Assembly: GCF_000981785.2 (NCBI RefSeq)
Contig: NZ_CP011304.1
Span: 2,280,001 to 2,312,000 of the forward strand
DNA length: 32,000 nt
Direction: 5' to 3'
From: Microcystis aeruginosa NIES-2549
Lineage (GTDB): Bacteria > Cyanobacteriota > Cyanobacteriia > Cyanobacteriales > Microcystaceae
Both the position numbers and the translations under genes were made by a program. This document shows, in pieces, positions 18,111-26,213 of the stretch. Within the stretch, counting starts at the first letter, position 1, and the number at the start of each line of letters is the position of its first letter. The notes below the pieces were generated by a model. That model was not told the DNA's origin. It saw only the letters and a list, made by a program, of their open reading frames with translations, and searched no databases.

Positions 18111-18254
18111 CAAGCCAACCGACAGGATCAGCGTACTGCTACGCACTGCCTTCGCCATCGCACTTTAACCCACAGCTGCAATCAATCTGCATGGTGCGTT
18201 CCCCAAAAATTGATCGCTGGAGCAGTAGGAGCCACTTTAGGGAACGCACCCTAC
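18111..18254 (+). repeat. Structured repeat family, copy D (linker plus core)
   Basis: The linker is CAAGCCAACCGACAGGATCAGCGTACTGCTACGCACTGCCTTCGCCAT. The core follows it. Confidence 0.9.
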
Positions 18255-18261
18255 AAGATCA

Positions 18262-18303
18262 TCGGCGATCGCACTGCTGCGCAGTGCCTTCGCCATCGCA
18301 CTA
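18262..18303 (+). repeat. Structured repeat family, truncated third unit (linker only)
   Basis: The sequence is GCGATCGCACTGCTGCGCAGTGCCTTCGCCATCGCACT. It contains a 7-bp hairpin GCACTGC/GCAGTGC. Confidence 0.7.
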
Positions 18304-18329
18304 TAGATTTAGCGGTTCCATTGAATGCT

Positions 18330-18515
18330 TTAGCCGGCGGTCGGGTGCAGTGATTTGTTAGACGCTCGCTTAATTGGCAACCTAACTAATCTATCTTTAT
18401 GAGCCAGTTGCTTCTGCTTTAAGTCATTAAAAATAGCTCTTAAGTCATATTGAAACGATTGAGCGTATTCTTCTCTATACTTGTGAATTTCATCGAGAAT
18501 TTCATTTTTATACAT
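18330..18515 (-). CDS. Small partner protein of the PIN gene (putative antitoxin, encoded downstream)
   Basis: The 61-aa ORF (MYKNEILDEIHKYREEYAQSFQYDLRAIFNDLKQKQ) starts 3 nt after the PIN stop. Confidence 0.6.
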   Translation of the reverse strand: MYKNEILDEIHKYREEYAQSFQYDLRAIFNDLKQKQLAHKDRLVRLPIKRASNKSLHPTAG

Positions 18516-18517
18516 GA

Positions 18518-19003
18518 CTAGACCTCTAGGTTATATCCAATAAGCTCATAAGGAGTGCAAATAACTGGCAATATATATCCGAGATCAGAACTAATCTGAG
18601 CCAGCTTACGCTGAATTTGGGCATTTGCCATGTGCTTGCAGTTCCATGTTAGCAAATAATCTAAGTTATAGACGGTTGCTAATGCCATATGTAAAGCGTC
18701 ATTAGATGCCTTTAGTGGCAGATTGCTTTGAGTCAGAAACGCTTGCGAAAGTTCAAACGCATCTTCTGTAAGTTCGAGAAGCATTAGGGATTGTAACAAG
18801 TTTAACCGTTGAGCGGCGATTATCGGATCTCCCTTAGCTGCCTCATCTTCAACGATCTCTGATGCGTAAAGCGTCAATGAGCTACTATGTTCGTTCCACC
18901 AATCCTGGGTGATCTTGATATTAGCAGCAACGATCAGATTGTCAGTGGGTCTGGCGGTTAAATGCCCAACAATACTTGTTTCAATATAGACGCTTCCATT
19001 CAC
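18518..19003 (-). CDS. PIN-domain (VapC-like) protein
   Basis: The acidic PIN positions are VYIETS (N-terminal), EIVEDEA and SNDALHMALA. The C-terminal signature is LLTWNCKHMAN. Confidence 0.75.
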   Translation of the reverse strand: MNGSVYIETSIVGHLTARPTDNLIVAANIKITQDWWNEHSSSLTLYASEIVEDEAAKGDPIIAAQRLNLLQSLMLLELTEDAFELSQAFLTQSNLPLKASNDALHMALATVYNLDYLLTWNCKHMANAQIQRKLAQISSDLGYILPVICTPYELIGYNLEV

Positions 19004-19078
19004 GGCAACCTAGAATATCTTTTCGCTCTCTATCCTACCTTATTTAATCTTGGTTTTGAGGGTGTTGGGTAACAGCCG

Positions 19079-19242
19079 TCAACCCAACCGACAGGATCAG
19101 CGTACTGCTACGCACTGCCTTCGCCATCGCACTTTAACCCACAGCTGCAATCAATCTGCATGGTGCGTTCCCCAAAAATCGATCACTGGAGCAGTAGGAG
19201 CCACTTTAGGGAACGCACCCTACAAGATCGGCGATCGCACTG
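19079..19242 (+). repeat. Structured repeat family, copy E (linker, core and trailing HIP1 stub)
   Basis: It is near-identical to copy D, followed by AAGATCGGCGATCGCACTG. Confidence 0.9.
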
Positions 19243-19245
19243 AAT

Positions 19246-19500
19246 TTATTTTTCCCGAAATGGATATATACCCTCCAGACAGATTATATATCGTGATTCT
19301 CCTTCGCCATCAACATCCTTGACAGTAGGCAATTTAGGCAACGCAAAACTCCTGAATCCATCACCTCCGTATTTGGTCCCAAATATGGAGTACAGCGCCG
19401 GATAGCCAGATATCGGTAGCTTAGATCCGTCACAAAATGCCCAGCCTACCGGCGCAAAATCCCCTGCAAAAAGCAGAATCTGTCCGATCAAAAAATCCAT
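19246..19500 (-). CDS. Short phage-tail-collar-domain protein (MdpB-like, lacking the usual middle region)
   Basis: It reads MDFLIGQILLFAGDFAPVGWAFCDGSKLPISGYPALYSIFGTKYGGDGFRSFALPKL and ends with a C-terminal YIICLEGIYP. I chose the ATG at 19500 over the TTG at 19518. Confidence 0.65.
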   Translation of the reverse strand: MDFLIGQILLFAGDFAPVGWAFCDGSKLPISGYPALYSIFGTKYGGDGFRSFALPKLPTVKDVDGEGESRYIICLEGIYPFREK

Positions 19501-19591
19501 GTTTTCTTCTTTCTCCAAACAGTGTTGACTTTTTTAGGTTGTGATCGTCTTTCTTATTTCAACTCGACCTCATCCCTTGAACCAACTACAC

Positions 19592-19888
19592 AATATACGA
19601 AAACTTTCCGTATCTCACGCCAAATACACATTTTTTAATAAATCTTTCCGTATATTCCTCTCCTATAGAGCAATCGCAAGAACTTTTCCTATAAAATTAC
19701 AAGTAACCGTATTATACCGAATTATTATAGGTGTTCTCAGATGTTTTGAAAATCCCACAGGGTCGCCGATACAAAATTAAGTTATACTTCATCTTTATGA
19801 GAAACACTGCCACACCAGAATCGAATTGGGGAGATTGATTACCATATTTAACTTCATTTGTCAAGAAATTCGCTCATTTTTAGGTGCG
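19592..19888 (+). repeat. Second (cobS-attached) copy of the roughly 300-bp duplicated segment
   Basis: See 17700-18001. This copy continues into an intact cobS. Confidence 0.85.
19595..19613. promoter_or_regulatory. Diverged copy of the palindrome (ATACGAAAACTTTCCGTAT)
   Basis: It sits at the same relative position as 17708-17726, within the duplicated cobS upstream segment. Confidence 0.25.
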
Positions 19889-20584
19889 ATCGCTTTTTAC
19901 ACGATTATTCCGGTTCCGATTGCCTGGCCGGATTTTGGCAGAATTGCCCGATGGATTCCCTTAGTGGGCTTATTTTTGGGTTTAATTCTGGTTTTGCTCG
20001 ATATAACTCTAGCTGGTCTGGGAATGCCCCCCCTAACTCGTGCGGTTGTCCTTGTGGGAGTTTGGGTTTATCTAACGGGAGGACTACACCTTGATGGAGT
20101 TAGTGACACGGCCGATGGTTTAGCTGTCACCGACCCCCAGCGTCGTTTATTGGTCATGGCCGATAGTGTTACCGGGGCCTTTGGAGTCATGGCCGTGACC
20201 ATGGTTTTGCTGCTAAAAATCGCCGCTTTGACTGATTTAAGCGATAATCGAGCCTTAGCTCTAATTTTAGCACCAATTTGGGGACGTTGGGGGCAAGTAA
20301 TGGCGATCGCTCTTTATCCCTACCTCAAACCCACCGGTAAGGGAGCCTTTCATAAAGTGGCTTTTTGTCTGCCTTGGGACTGTGGGGGAGTAATTTGGGG
20401 GTTAATCGCCCTATTTGGCGGTCTAAGCTGGGGAATAATCGCTATTAGTGCCGGAATCGCCCTCGCTCTGCTTACTGGTTACTGCTTATATCGTCGTCTT
20501 CGGGGTCACACCGGCGATACCTACGGTGCGGTGGTGGAGTGGACAGAGGCTCTATTCTTGGTTTTTTTGACAATAATTAGCTAA
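19826..20584 (+). CDS. cobS: Adenosylcobinamide-GDP ribazoletransferase (cobalamin synthase)
   Basis: It is a polytopic membrane protein with FYTIIPVP and LHLDGVSDTADGL motifs. The start is TTG and uncertain by a few codons. Confidence 0.85.
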   Translation: MGRLITIFNFICQEIRSFLGAIAFYTIIPVPIAWPDFGRIARWIPLVGLFLGLILVLLDITLAGLGMPPLTRAVVLVGVWVYLTGGLHLDGVSDTADGLAVTDPQRRLLVMADSVTGAFGVMAVTMVLLLKIAALTDLSDNRALALILAPIWGRWGQVMAIALYPYLKPTGKGAFHKVAFCLPWDCGGVIWGLIALFGGLSWGIIAISAGIALALLTGYCLYRRLRGHTGDTYGAVVEWTEALFLVFLTIIS

Positions 20585-21042
20585 TTTTTGCCCTCCACAG
20601 CCCGTAAACGGGTTAATTTCAGGGTAAATTTTCCCCCACCGGTTTCTCCGAAAGCTCTCACCCGAATAATATATTTACCCGACTCGGTAATGCGTGCAAA
20701 GAGGAGAGCATTAGTGCCACCATCGGGACCATCATCATTTTCTGCTACAGTGGAACCATCGTCGGCCAGGAGAATTAAAACTCCATCAAAATTTTCTGAT
20801 TTCAGATCGATGGCCACCTGATCGTCCTTGTCCAAATCTACGGTATAATCTCTGGCAAACCCTCCTTCACCCGTAGGAATATCCTTGTCGGTGAGAGTAT
20901 CGTTAATTTCTTTATTGAGTATGAGGGGGACGGGATTGTAGATTTTTTCTGCTCGCACCGGCAAAGATTGACCGCTTAACCAGAATAAAGTGAACAAGAC
21001 GCATAAACCAGAATAACGACCAGTCAAAGGGAATCTTATCAT
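20581..21042 (-). CDS. Secreted protein with a bacterial pre-peptidase C-terminal (PPC) domain
   Basis: A signal-like N-terminus is followed by YTVDLDKDDQVAIDLKSENFDGVLILLADDGSTVAENDD..GKYIIRV. I prefer the ATG at 21042 to the TTG at 21066. Confidence 0.65.
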   Translation of the reverse strand: MIRFPLTGRYSGLCVLFTLFWLSGQSLPVRAEKIYNPVPLILNKEINDTLTDKDIPTGEGGFARDYTVDLDKDDQVAIDLKSENFDGVLILLADDGSTVAENDDGPDGGTNALLFARITESGKYIIRVRAFGETGGGKFTLKLTRLRAVEGKN

Positions 21043-21223
21043 AATGGCAGATGTTCGTTTTCTCAATCTCCCTATTCTACAAAAAACTGATAACTATCAG
21101 CAGTTCGAGAAAATTAAATTCAGAATCTGGAAAGGGGGAACATCAGGACTGGGGAACTGCGGAAGGGAAAAATATGTGTAATTAATTTTGCTTAGGTAGT
21201 TATTCCTTGCTGGCAAAAACAAG

Positions 21224-21252
21224 TAAAAAAATCCCCCTTTGAGCAAGGGGGA
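21224..21252 (-). terminator. Intrinsic terminator after the DUF4278 gene
   Basis: An 8-bp stem TCCCCCTT (21232-21239) / AAGGGGGA (21245-21252) is followed on the minus strand by TTTTTTTA. Confidence 0.6.
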
Positions 21253-21341
21253 AATAGGGAAGATAAAACCCGTCTAAGGTAATTGATGAAATCATTAATT
21301 GACAATATTTAAAAAAGATTAATTAAAAAATGAACTAGAAG

Positions 21342-21563
21342 TTAAAAACTTAAAGAATGTCCTTCCGTGGGCAAAGAAGCTAAAGAGTGAGTGATATGAT
21401 GTTCTTGACCGCGATAGGTAACGGCTACCTGTTTCTCAATGGTTTGAACGACATCACGGTTTTTTAAATAGGGAACACCACGATAGCTTAAAATCATCGG
21501 ACTGGAGGCAACGGAGACAGTGGGATTTTTCTCGTAAACAATGCCGCGATAGGTTAATTTCAT
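21342..21563 (-). CDS. DUF4278-domain protein
   Basis: It has reiterated YRG motifs (MKLTYRGIVYE, LSYRGVPY, VTYRGQ). The start is set at MKLTYRG. Confidence 0.7.
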   Translation of the reverse strand: MKLTYRGIVYEKNPTVSVASSPMILSYRGVPYLKNRDVVQTIEKQVAVTYRGQEHHITHSLASLPTEGHSLSF

Positions 21564-21656
21564 AGCTGTCCCTGGAGATAATTGGTGAGCCATTCCTATC
21601 TCCATCGGCAGCGAAATTAATTCCAGAAAAGCTCAACTTTTTTCTGGGTAAATATC

Positions 21657-22733
21657 CTACCAAGAAGACCCTCGATAGCGCATTTCTCGACGCAAGGCAT
21701 AACGACGGGCAAAATTAGGAACATCGCCCCGATGACCTAATAAAATGACCGTATCGCCTTGCTGTAGAATGGTGGAATTGTCGGGATGGGCGATGACACC
21801 ACCATCAAATTGACGGATAGCGACGATAATAAAAGCACCCTGTCCCCGCACTTCCATCTGACTGATGGGTTGTCCCAAAAAAGGCGAATCGCTTAAAATT
21901 GAGTATTCTTCAAATTGCAGGTCGATATCGGCTAATAATTCGTTAAGATTGCGCCTACCTTCATCTTCCTGTAAAAAATCGATTGCGGCCGGATGGGTGA
22001 TTAAATGGGCCATTCTCTCTGCTCCAATGGTAGCAGGTAAGACCACTTGATCGGCTCCGGCTAGTTTTAATTTTTTCTCGGTGCTGGGATATTCTCCCCT
22101 GGCGATGATGTATAGTTGCGGACTGAGTTCCCTTGCGGTTAAAGTGATGAAGACATTTAAGGCATCATCGGGTAACACAGTCGCTAAAACTCGCGCTTTG
22201 TCGATGCCGGCTTTCTGGAGAATACTTTCATCGGTGGCGTTACCATTAAGAGTTATGTAACCTTTTTCCTGAGCTAATCGAATGCGATCGGGGTTATTAT
22301 CGACGATAATAAAGGATTGGGCTGTTTTTGCCAATTTAGTGGTTAGGATGCGTCCTATGCGCCCAAAACCGCAGATTATGACGTGATTTTCTAAGCATTC
22401 CATCTCTTTATTCATCCGGCGATCGCTAAAGGCTCTGTTAATTTCTCCCTCGGTGAGCATCTGAAAAAACCCTCCCACCACATAAACGGCCGAGGTGGTC
22501 CCACAGACGATAACTAACATGGTAAAAGCTCTCAGACTAGGAGTGTTAATCGGTTTAACTTCCCCGAAACCTACTCCAAATATGGTGATAATCACCATAT
22601 AAACGGCATCGAGAAAACTCCAACCGTAGGCCATATAACCGATAGTTGCCCCGACTACCGTAGCGAGAAAAAAACTCGCCCCGATGATAATCCTTTTCAG
22701 TGAACTTTGCATCGATTTCCGTGACCTGACCAT
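21657..22733 (-). CDS. Potassium channel protein with RCK/TrkA domains
   Basis: It has two TM helices and a pore loop TIFGVGFGEV. A Rossmann motif VIICGFGRIGR and a TrkA-C-like C-terminus follow. Confidence 0.85.
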   Translation of the reverse strand: MVRSRKSMQSSLKRIIIGASFFLATVVGATIGYMAYGWSFLDAVYMVIITIFGVGFGEVKPINTPSLRAFTMLVIVCGTTSAVYVVGGFFQMLTEGEINRAFSDRRMNKEMECLENHVIICGFGRIGRILTTKLAKTAQSFIIVDNNPDRIRLAQEKGYITLNGNATDESILQKAGIDKARVLATVLPDDALNVFITLTARELSPQLYIIARGEYPSTEKKLKLAGADQVVLPATIGAERMAHLITHPAAIDFLQEDEGRRNLNELLADIDLQFEEYSILSDSPFLGQPISQMEVRGQGAFIIVAIRQFDGGVIAHPDNSTILQQGDTVILLGHRGDVPNFARRYALRREMRYRGSSW

Positions 22734-22745
22734 CTAGCTATCAGC

Positions 22746-23603
22746 TTACAACTGTTTACTGATTACTGTTGAGACTTGACATTGGGGACAAAAATGAGCC
22801 GAGCGCCCACTTAATTTAATTCTGGCAATAGTTGCACCGCAAAGACGACAATTTTCGCCGGTACGACCATAAACCCAGGCCATCGAGCCATAATTGCCAT
22901 TAACTCCCGTAACGTGGAGAAAATCGCTAAAACTGGTCCCGCCTTCAGCGATCGCGGTTTCCAATACAGAAATAATGTTTTTTGTCAATAAGTCTATTTG
23001 CTCAATTTTCAAGAGATTAGCGGCAGTTTGGGGATGGATACCACTTTTAAAAAGAACTTCATCCGCGTAGATATTGCCAATTCCTGCCACCACATTTTGA
23101 TCGAGGAGAAAAGTTTTAATCGGACGACGACTTTTTTGACAGTGACTATAGAGGTAATCGGGGGTAAAATTGCGATCAAAGGGTTCCAATCCCAGTTTTT
23201 TGAGAGCAGTAATCACGCTTTCTGGGGTTTTATCGGCGGCAATCCACCAAATTTTCCCGAAAGTGCGGGTATCGACGAAGCGCAATTCTTGCTGATTAGC
23301 AAAAAAGAAGCGTAAGCGCGTATGAATCGGCAGGGGAGTGGTATCTTTTACCCAGAGCAATTGTCCAGTCATACGCAGATGAACCCCGATACTGCTACCA
23401 TTATCTAAATTGGCGAGGAGATATTTGCCTCGGCGCTGCCAATTGGTAATCGTAGTCTGAGCAATTCCTTGCAGAAAAGTTACCTCGCAATTAGGATAGG
23501 CTAGGGTACGCTGCAATAATACTTCCCCACCGATAATTTTTTTGCCCTGGGTAACTTGATTTAACCCGCGACGCACCGTTTCTACTTCTGGCAATTCTGG
23601 CAT
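22746..23603 (-). CDS. mutM: Formamidopyrimidine-DNA glycosylase
   Basis: It has the N-terminal MPELPEVETVRRGL and a C-terminal zinc finger CRLCGATI..HFCPQCQ. Confidence 0.95.
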   Translation of the reverse strand: MPELPEVETVRRGLNQVTQGKKIIGGEVLLQRTLAYPNCEVTFLQGIAQTTITNWQRRGKYLLANLDNGSSIGVHLRMTGQLLWVKDTTPLPIHTRLRFFFANQQELRFVDTRTFGKIWWIAADKTPESVITALKKLGLEPFDRNFTPDYLYSHCQKSRRPIKTFLLDQNVVAGIGNIYADEVLFKSGIHPQTAANLLKIEQIDLLTKNIISVLETAIAEGGTSFSDFLHVTGVNGNYGSMAWVYGRTGENCRLCGATIARIKLSGRSAHFCPQCQVSTVISKQL

Positions 23604-23707
23604 ATAAGTGATTGAACAAAATTAAGTTCTTGGTTAGGGTAGGCAAAAGGCAAAAGATAGATAAACAGAACTTTTTATCAGGAAACGACACCAGATTAAC
23701 GTCAATT

Positions 23708-25051
23708 CTACTTTAACTTTAGCCTTTCAATGGTATCAATTATTTCCCGTTCAAAACCGACTTGAGCGCGATTAGTTTTCCCACCAATATAAAAGCGATC
23801 GCCCGATTGTAAAGCCCAAATTTGGGAATGGGAAAAGTAACTCATTACTACTCCCATCATCAATAAAGCAAAACCTAAATAGACAATAGGTACTCCCGGA
23901 TCTGCCTTAATTTGTAAACCTGTACTGCCGACTAATTCGACTATTTTTAGATTAACTCCATTGATAGGAATCGTCATTCCTTCTCGCACAGCAGAGGTTA
24001 AATCTCCCTTAGCATCATAGACAATTAACGTACCTTGTAAATCTCTGACTAAAAGAGAAACTCCCTCACTAAGATCGGTTTTAGTCGGAATCCAAGTTCC
24101 CCAGATTTGTCCATTACCTTTGGTGTCTAAACTAGCCATCGGTAGCTGTAGGATCGGACTATTATTCACCTGTACTTTTACCCCAGCAATTCCCCAACTG
24201 GTTTGATAAAAAGTCACCCCTTTATGGTGCAAAGGTTGGTTAACTTGAATAGTTTTGCGATCAATCTCCTCTCCTTGATTATCGATCACCGACAAATCAG
24301 AATAAAATTGTTCTATATCACCTTTAGGACTATAATCAATCCAAAAACGATTAACTTTAATCCCCCAATCCTTAGGGAGAGAATTTTTAGATAAGGGTCC
24401 AGCTTCAATAATATTTTTAACCTGAAAACTATCGCCACTAGCTACCATTTCTTGAGCGAAAAAGCCAGTTAACGCTCCCCAGATTGCCCCTGCTAAAATA
24501 ATTAACATGGCTGCATGAACGATAATCGGACCGATTTTACCGATCAGACCTTTACGAGCATAAAGACTGTTATTTTCTAGAAAAACTTTGTAGCCTTTTT
24601 TTTCTAATAGAGGTGTGAGAGATTCTAGGGAACCAGTTTCTAATTCAGCACTTAAAGCTAGTTTTTGAAATTGGCGAGATTGTTGATAAAATTGCCATTT
24701 TCTGGCCGCCTTTAAAGCGGGTAATTGTCGTCGGAAGGTACAAGCGGTTAAACTGGAACCAAAGAGAATTAATAATGATAGATACCACCAAGTGCTATAA
24801 ACATGATTTAATCCCAATAGTAATAAAACTTTCCAAGTCAGAAAGCCAAATAAAGCGGGTTTTTCAGGATAATTAGCTTGGTAAAAAGATAGAGATTGTC
24901 CCTGTTCGATTACCGTCCCAGAAATGCTAAAAATAGCGATTAAAAGTAAGAGGATAATTGCCAATCGTAGATCGGCAATAGTCTGGATAAATTTACGTCC
25001 CCATTGGGGCCGTGTATTCTTTAAATTTGAGGAAGTTTCCGATATAGTCAT
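23708..25051 (-). CDS. ccs1: Cytochrome c biogenesis protein Ccs1/ResB
   Basis: The ResB-like topology and motifs ([11 protein letters not shown], large lumenal domain, C-terminal TM) are present, and it is adjacent to ccdA. The ATG at 25051 is preferred, and the track ORF extends to a TTG at 25078. Confidence 0.85.
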   Translation of the reverse strand: MTISETSSNLKNTRPQWGRKFIQTIADLRLAIILLLLIAIFSISGTVIEQGQSLSFYQANYPEKPALFGFLTWKVLLLLGLNHVYSTWWYLSLLILFGSSLTACTFRRQLPALKAARKWQFYQQSRQFQKLALSAELETGSLESLTPLLEKKGYKVFLENNSLYARKGLIGKIGPIIVHAAMLIILAGAIWGALTGFFAQEMVASGDSFQVKNIIEAGPLSKNSLPKDWGIKVNRFWIDYSPKGDIEQFYSDLSVIDNQGEEIDRKTIQVNQPLHHKGVTFYQTSWGIAGVKVQVNNSPILQLPMASLDTKGNGQIWGTWIPTKTDLSEGVSLLVRDLQGTLIVYDAKGDLTSAVREGMTIPINGVNLKIVELVGSTGLQIKADPGVPIVYLGFALLMMGVVMSYFSHSQIWALQSGDRFYIGGKTNRAQVGFEREIIDTIERLKLK

Positions 25052-25101
25052 AGTTAAAAGTTTTGCAATTCTAGCCAATTATCTATCATAACTCTCCACC
25101 A

Positions 25102-25830
25102 TCACAGCAGACGGGATAATAAAGAAAAAACTCCAAAACCGATTAATAAAACCCCACTGACAGGATTAATCCACCCGGACCATTGACGCAGGGAAAGAAA
25201 GCTTTTCAGCGAGGCAGTAAAAGAACCGACGATAATTAAGGGTAAAACATAACCGCCAGTGTAGGATAACAATAATCCCCCTCCTAAGCTTAAATCTCCC
25301 GTATTGGCCACCCATGCCAATAGAGTTGCTAGAACTGGTGTACTACAAGGAGAGGCGATTAAACCAAATGTTAAACCGAGAAGATAGGACCGCAAAATCG
25401 GAGGAAAATCCCCGGTAATCCAATCGGTAGCGCCAAGGGAGGGGAAGCGCAGGGGTAATAATTCCAAGAGGTTTAACCCCATCAAAATAGCGATCGCACT
25501 GACGATAATTGGTAAACCGATCCCCACCTGTCCATAGACTTTGCCTAAAGTAGCGGCAATTAGTCCCAATCCCGCTAAGGTGGTGGCTAATCCTAGGGAA
25601 AACCATGTGGACTGCCAAAAAGCCGCTAAACGACCTTGATTTTCGTAACCCCCGATATAAGCGACGGTAATCGGCAACATCGACAGCATACAGGGGGTAA
25701 GACTGGTGAGTAAACCGGCTAGAAAAATCACGGCAATACTGACAAAACTAAGGTGAGTCAGTTGGGAAGTCACTAAGCGATCGGCGTATTGTTCAAGGTG
25801 ATAGAGTTGAGTCTGTAATTGGTCTAACAT
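25102..25830 (-). CDS. ccdA: Cytochrome c-type biogenesis thiol-disulfide transporter CcdA
   Basis: It is a six-TM protein with the two conserved cysteines in LTPCMLSMLP and ASPCSTPVL. Confidence 0.9.
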   Translation of the reverse strand: MLDQLQTQLYHLEQYADRLVTSQLTHLSFVSIAVIFLAGLLTSLTPCMLSMLPITVAYIGGYENQGRLAAFWQSTWFSLGLATTLAGLGLIAATLGKVYGQVGIGLPIIVSAIAILMGLNLLELLPLRFPSLGATDWITGDFPPILRSYLLGLTFGLIASPCSTPVLATLLAWVANTGDLSLGGGLLLSYTGGYVLPLIIVGSFTASLKSFLSLRQWSGWINPVSGVLLIGFGVFSLLSRLL

Positions 25831-25848
25831 ATCGGGGAATTTTTCAGG

Positions 25849-26211
25849 CTAAATTTGGCTCATTTCTAGGATATTACCATCGGGATCGCTGACAAATAAT
25901 GCCTTTCTACCCGAGGCACTCATTTGAATTGTATAACCTTGACTTTCTAGATAGTTACCCATGGCCGCCACGTCATCAATAGCGAAGGCAAGATGAGGAT
26001 TGCGTCCCCATTTTTCGGGATTGGGACGGTAGTTTTGATAATTGGTATCGACAATTAAATGAATTTGATAATCTCCCACTTGATACCAAACCCCATCGTA
26101 TTGAAAAGGGCGATCAATTCTAGTTAATCCTAGAACATTTTCGTAAAAGTTAACGGCTTTTTCTAGCTCTGTGACTAAAATCGCCGTGTGTAAGGATTTT
26201 GTGATGTTCAT
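25849..26211 (-). CDS. VOC (glyoxalase/bleomycin-resistance/dioxygenase) family protein
   Basis: LHTAILVTELEKAVNFYENVLGL, HLAFAIDD and FVSDPDGNILE are typical of the family. The start is set at MNITKS (26211) so that it does not overlap the permease gene. Confidence 0.8.
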   Translation of the reverse strand: MNITKSLHTAILVTELEKAVNFYENVLGLTRIDRPFQYDGVWYQVGDYQIHLIVDTNYQNYRPNPEKWGRNPHLAFAIDDVAAMGNYLESQGYTIQMSASGRKALFVSDPDGNILEMSQI

Positions 26212-26213
26212 AG

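Noticed and set aside
17990-18310. Possible CRISPR array, suggested by regularly spaced repeats at about 153-bp period
   Set aside because: The intervening spacers are themselves conserved between units (the same linker occurs at 18111-18160 and 19079-19125). The repeats are about 100 nt long, there are only 2.5 units, and no cas genes are in the window.
15932-19242. Diversity-generating retroelement TR/VR pair, considered because of the repeat copies near a tail-collar gene
   Set aside because: Copy A differs from C, D and E at two A positions. Copy B, however, differs by C-to-T, G-to-T and C-to-G changes, so substitutions are not adenine-specific. The repeats are non-coding and there is no reverse transcriptase.
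15932-19242. Integron-like cassette array with the structured repeat acting as attC
   Set aside because: The layout (structured imperfect palindromes between toxin-antitoxin cassettes, all in one orientation) is suggestive. I could find no clean RYYYAAC / GTTRRRY core pair at the element ends, and no intI gene or attI site is present. I keep this only as an alternative reading within the repeat finding.
17939-19322. Plus-strand ORFs 17939-18361, 17997-18353 and 19050-19322
   Set aside because: They are translations of the non-coding repeat family, and the same peptide strings recur wherever the repeat occurs. The first begins with the duplicated 21-codon cobS stub.
19592-19825. Cobalamin riboswitch upstream of cobS
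   Set aside because: The leader is AT-rich and lacks a recognisable B12 box or the GC-rich conserved core helices. A GCCACAC string is the only faint resemblance.
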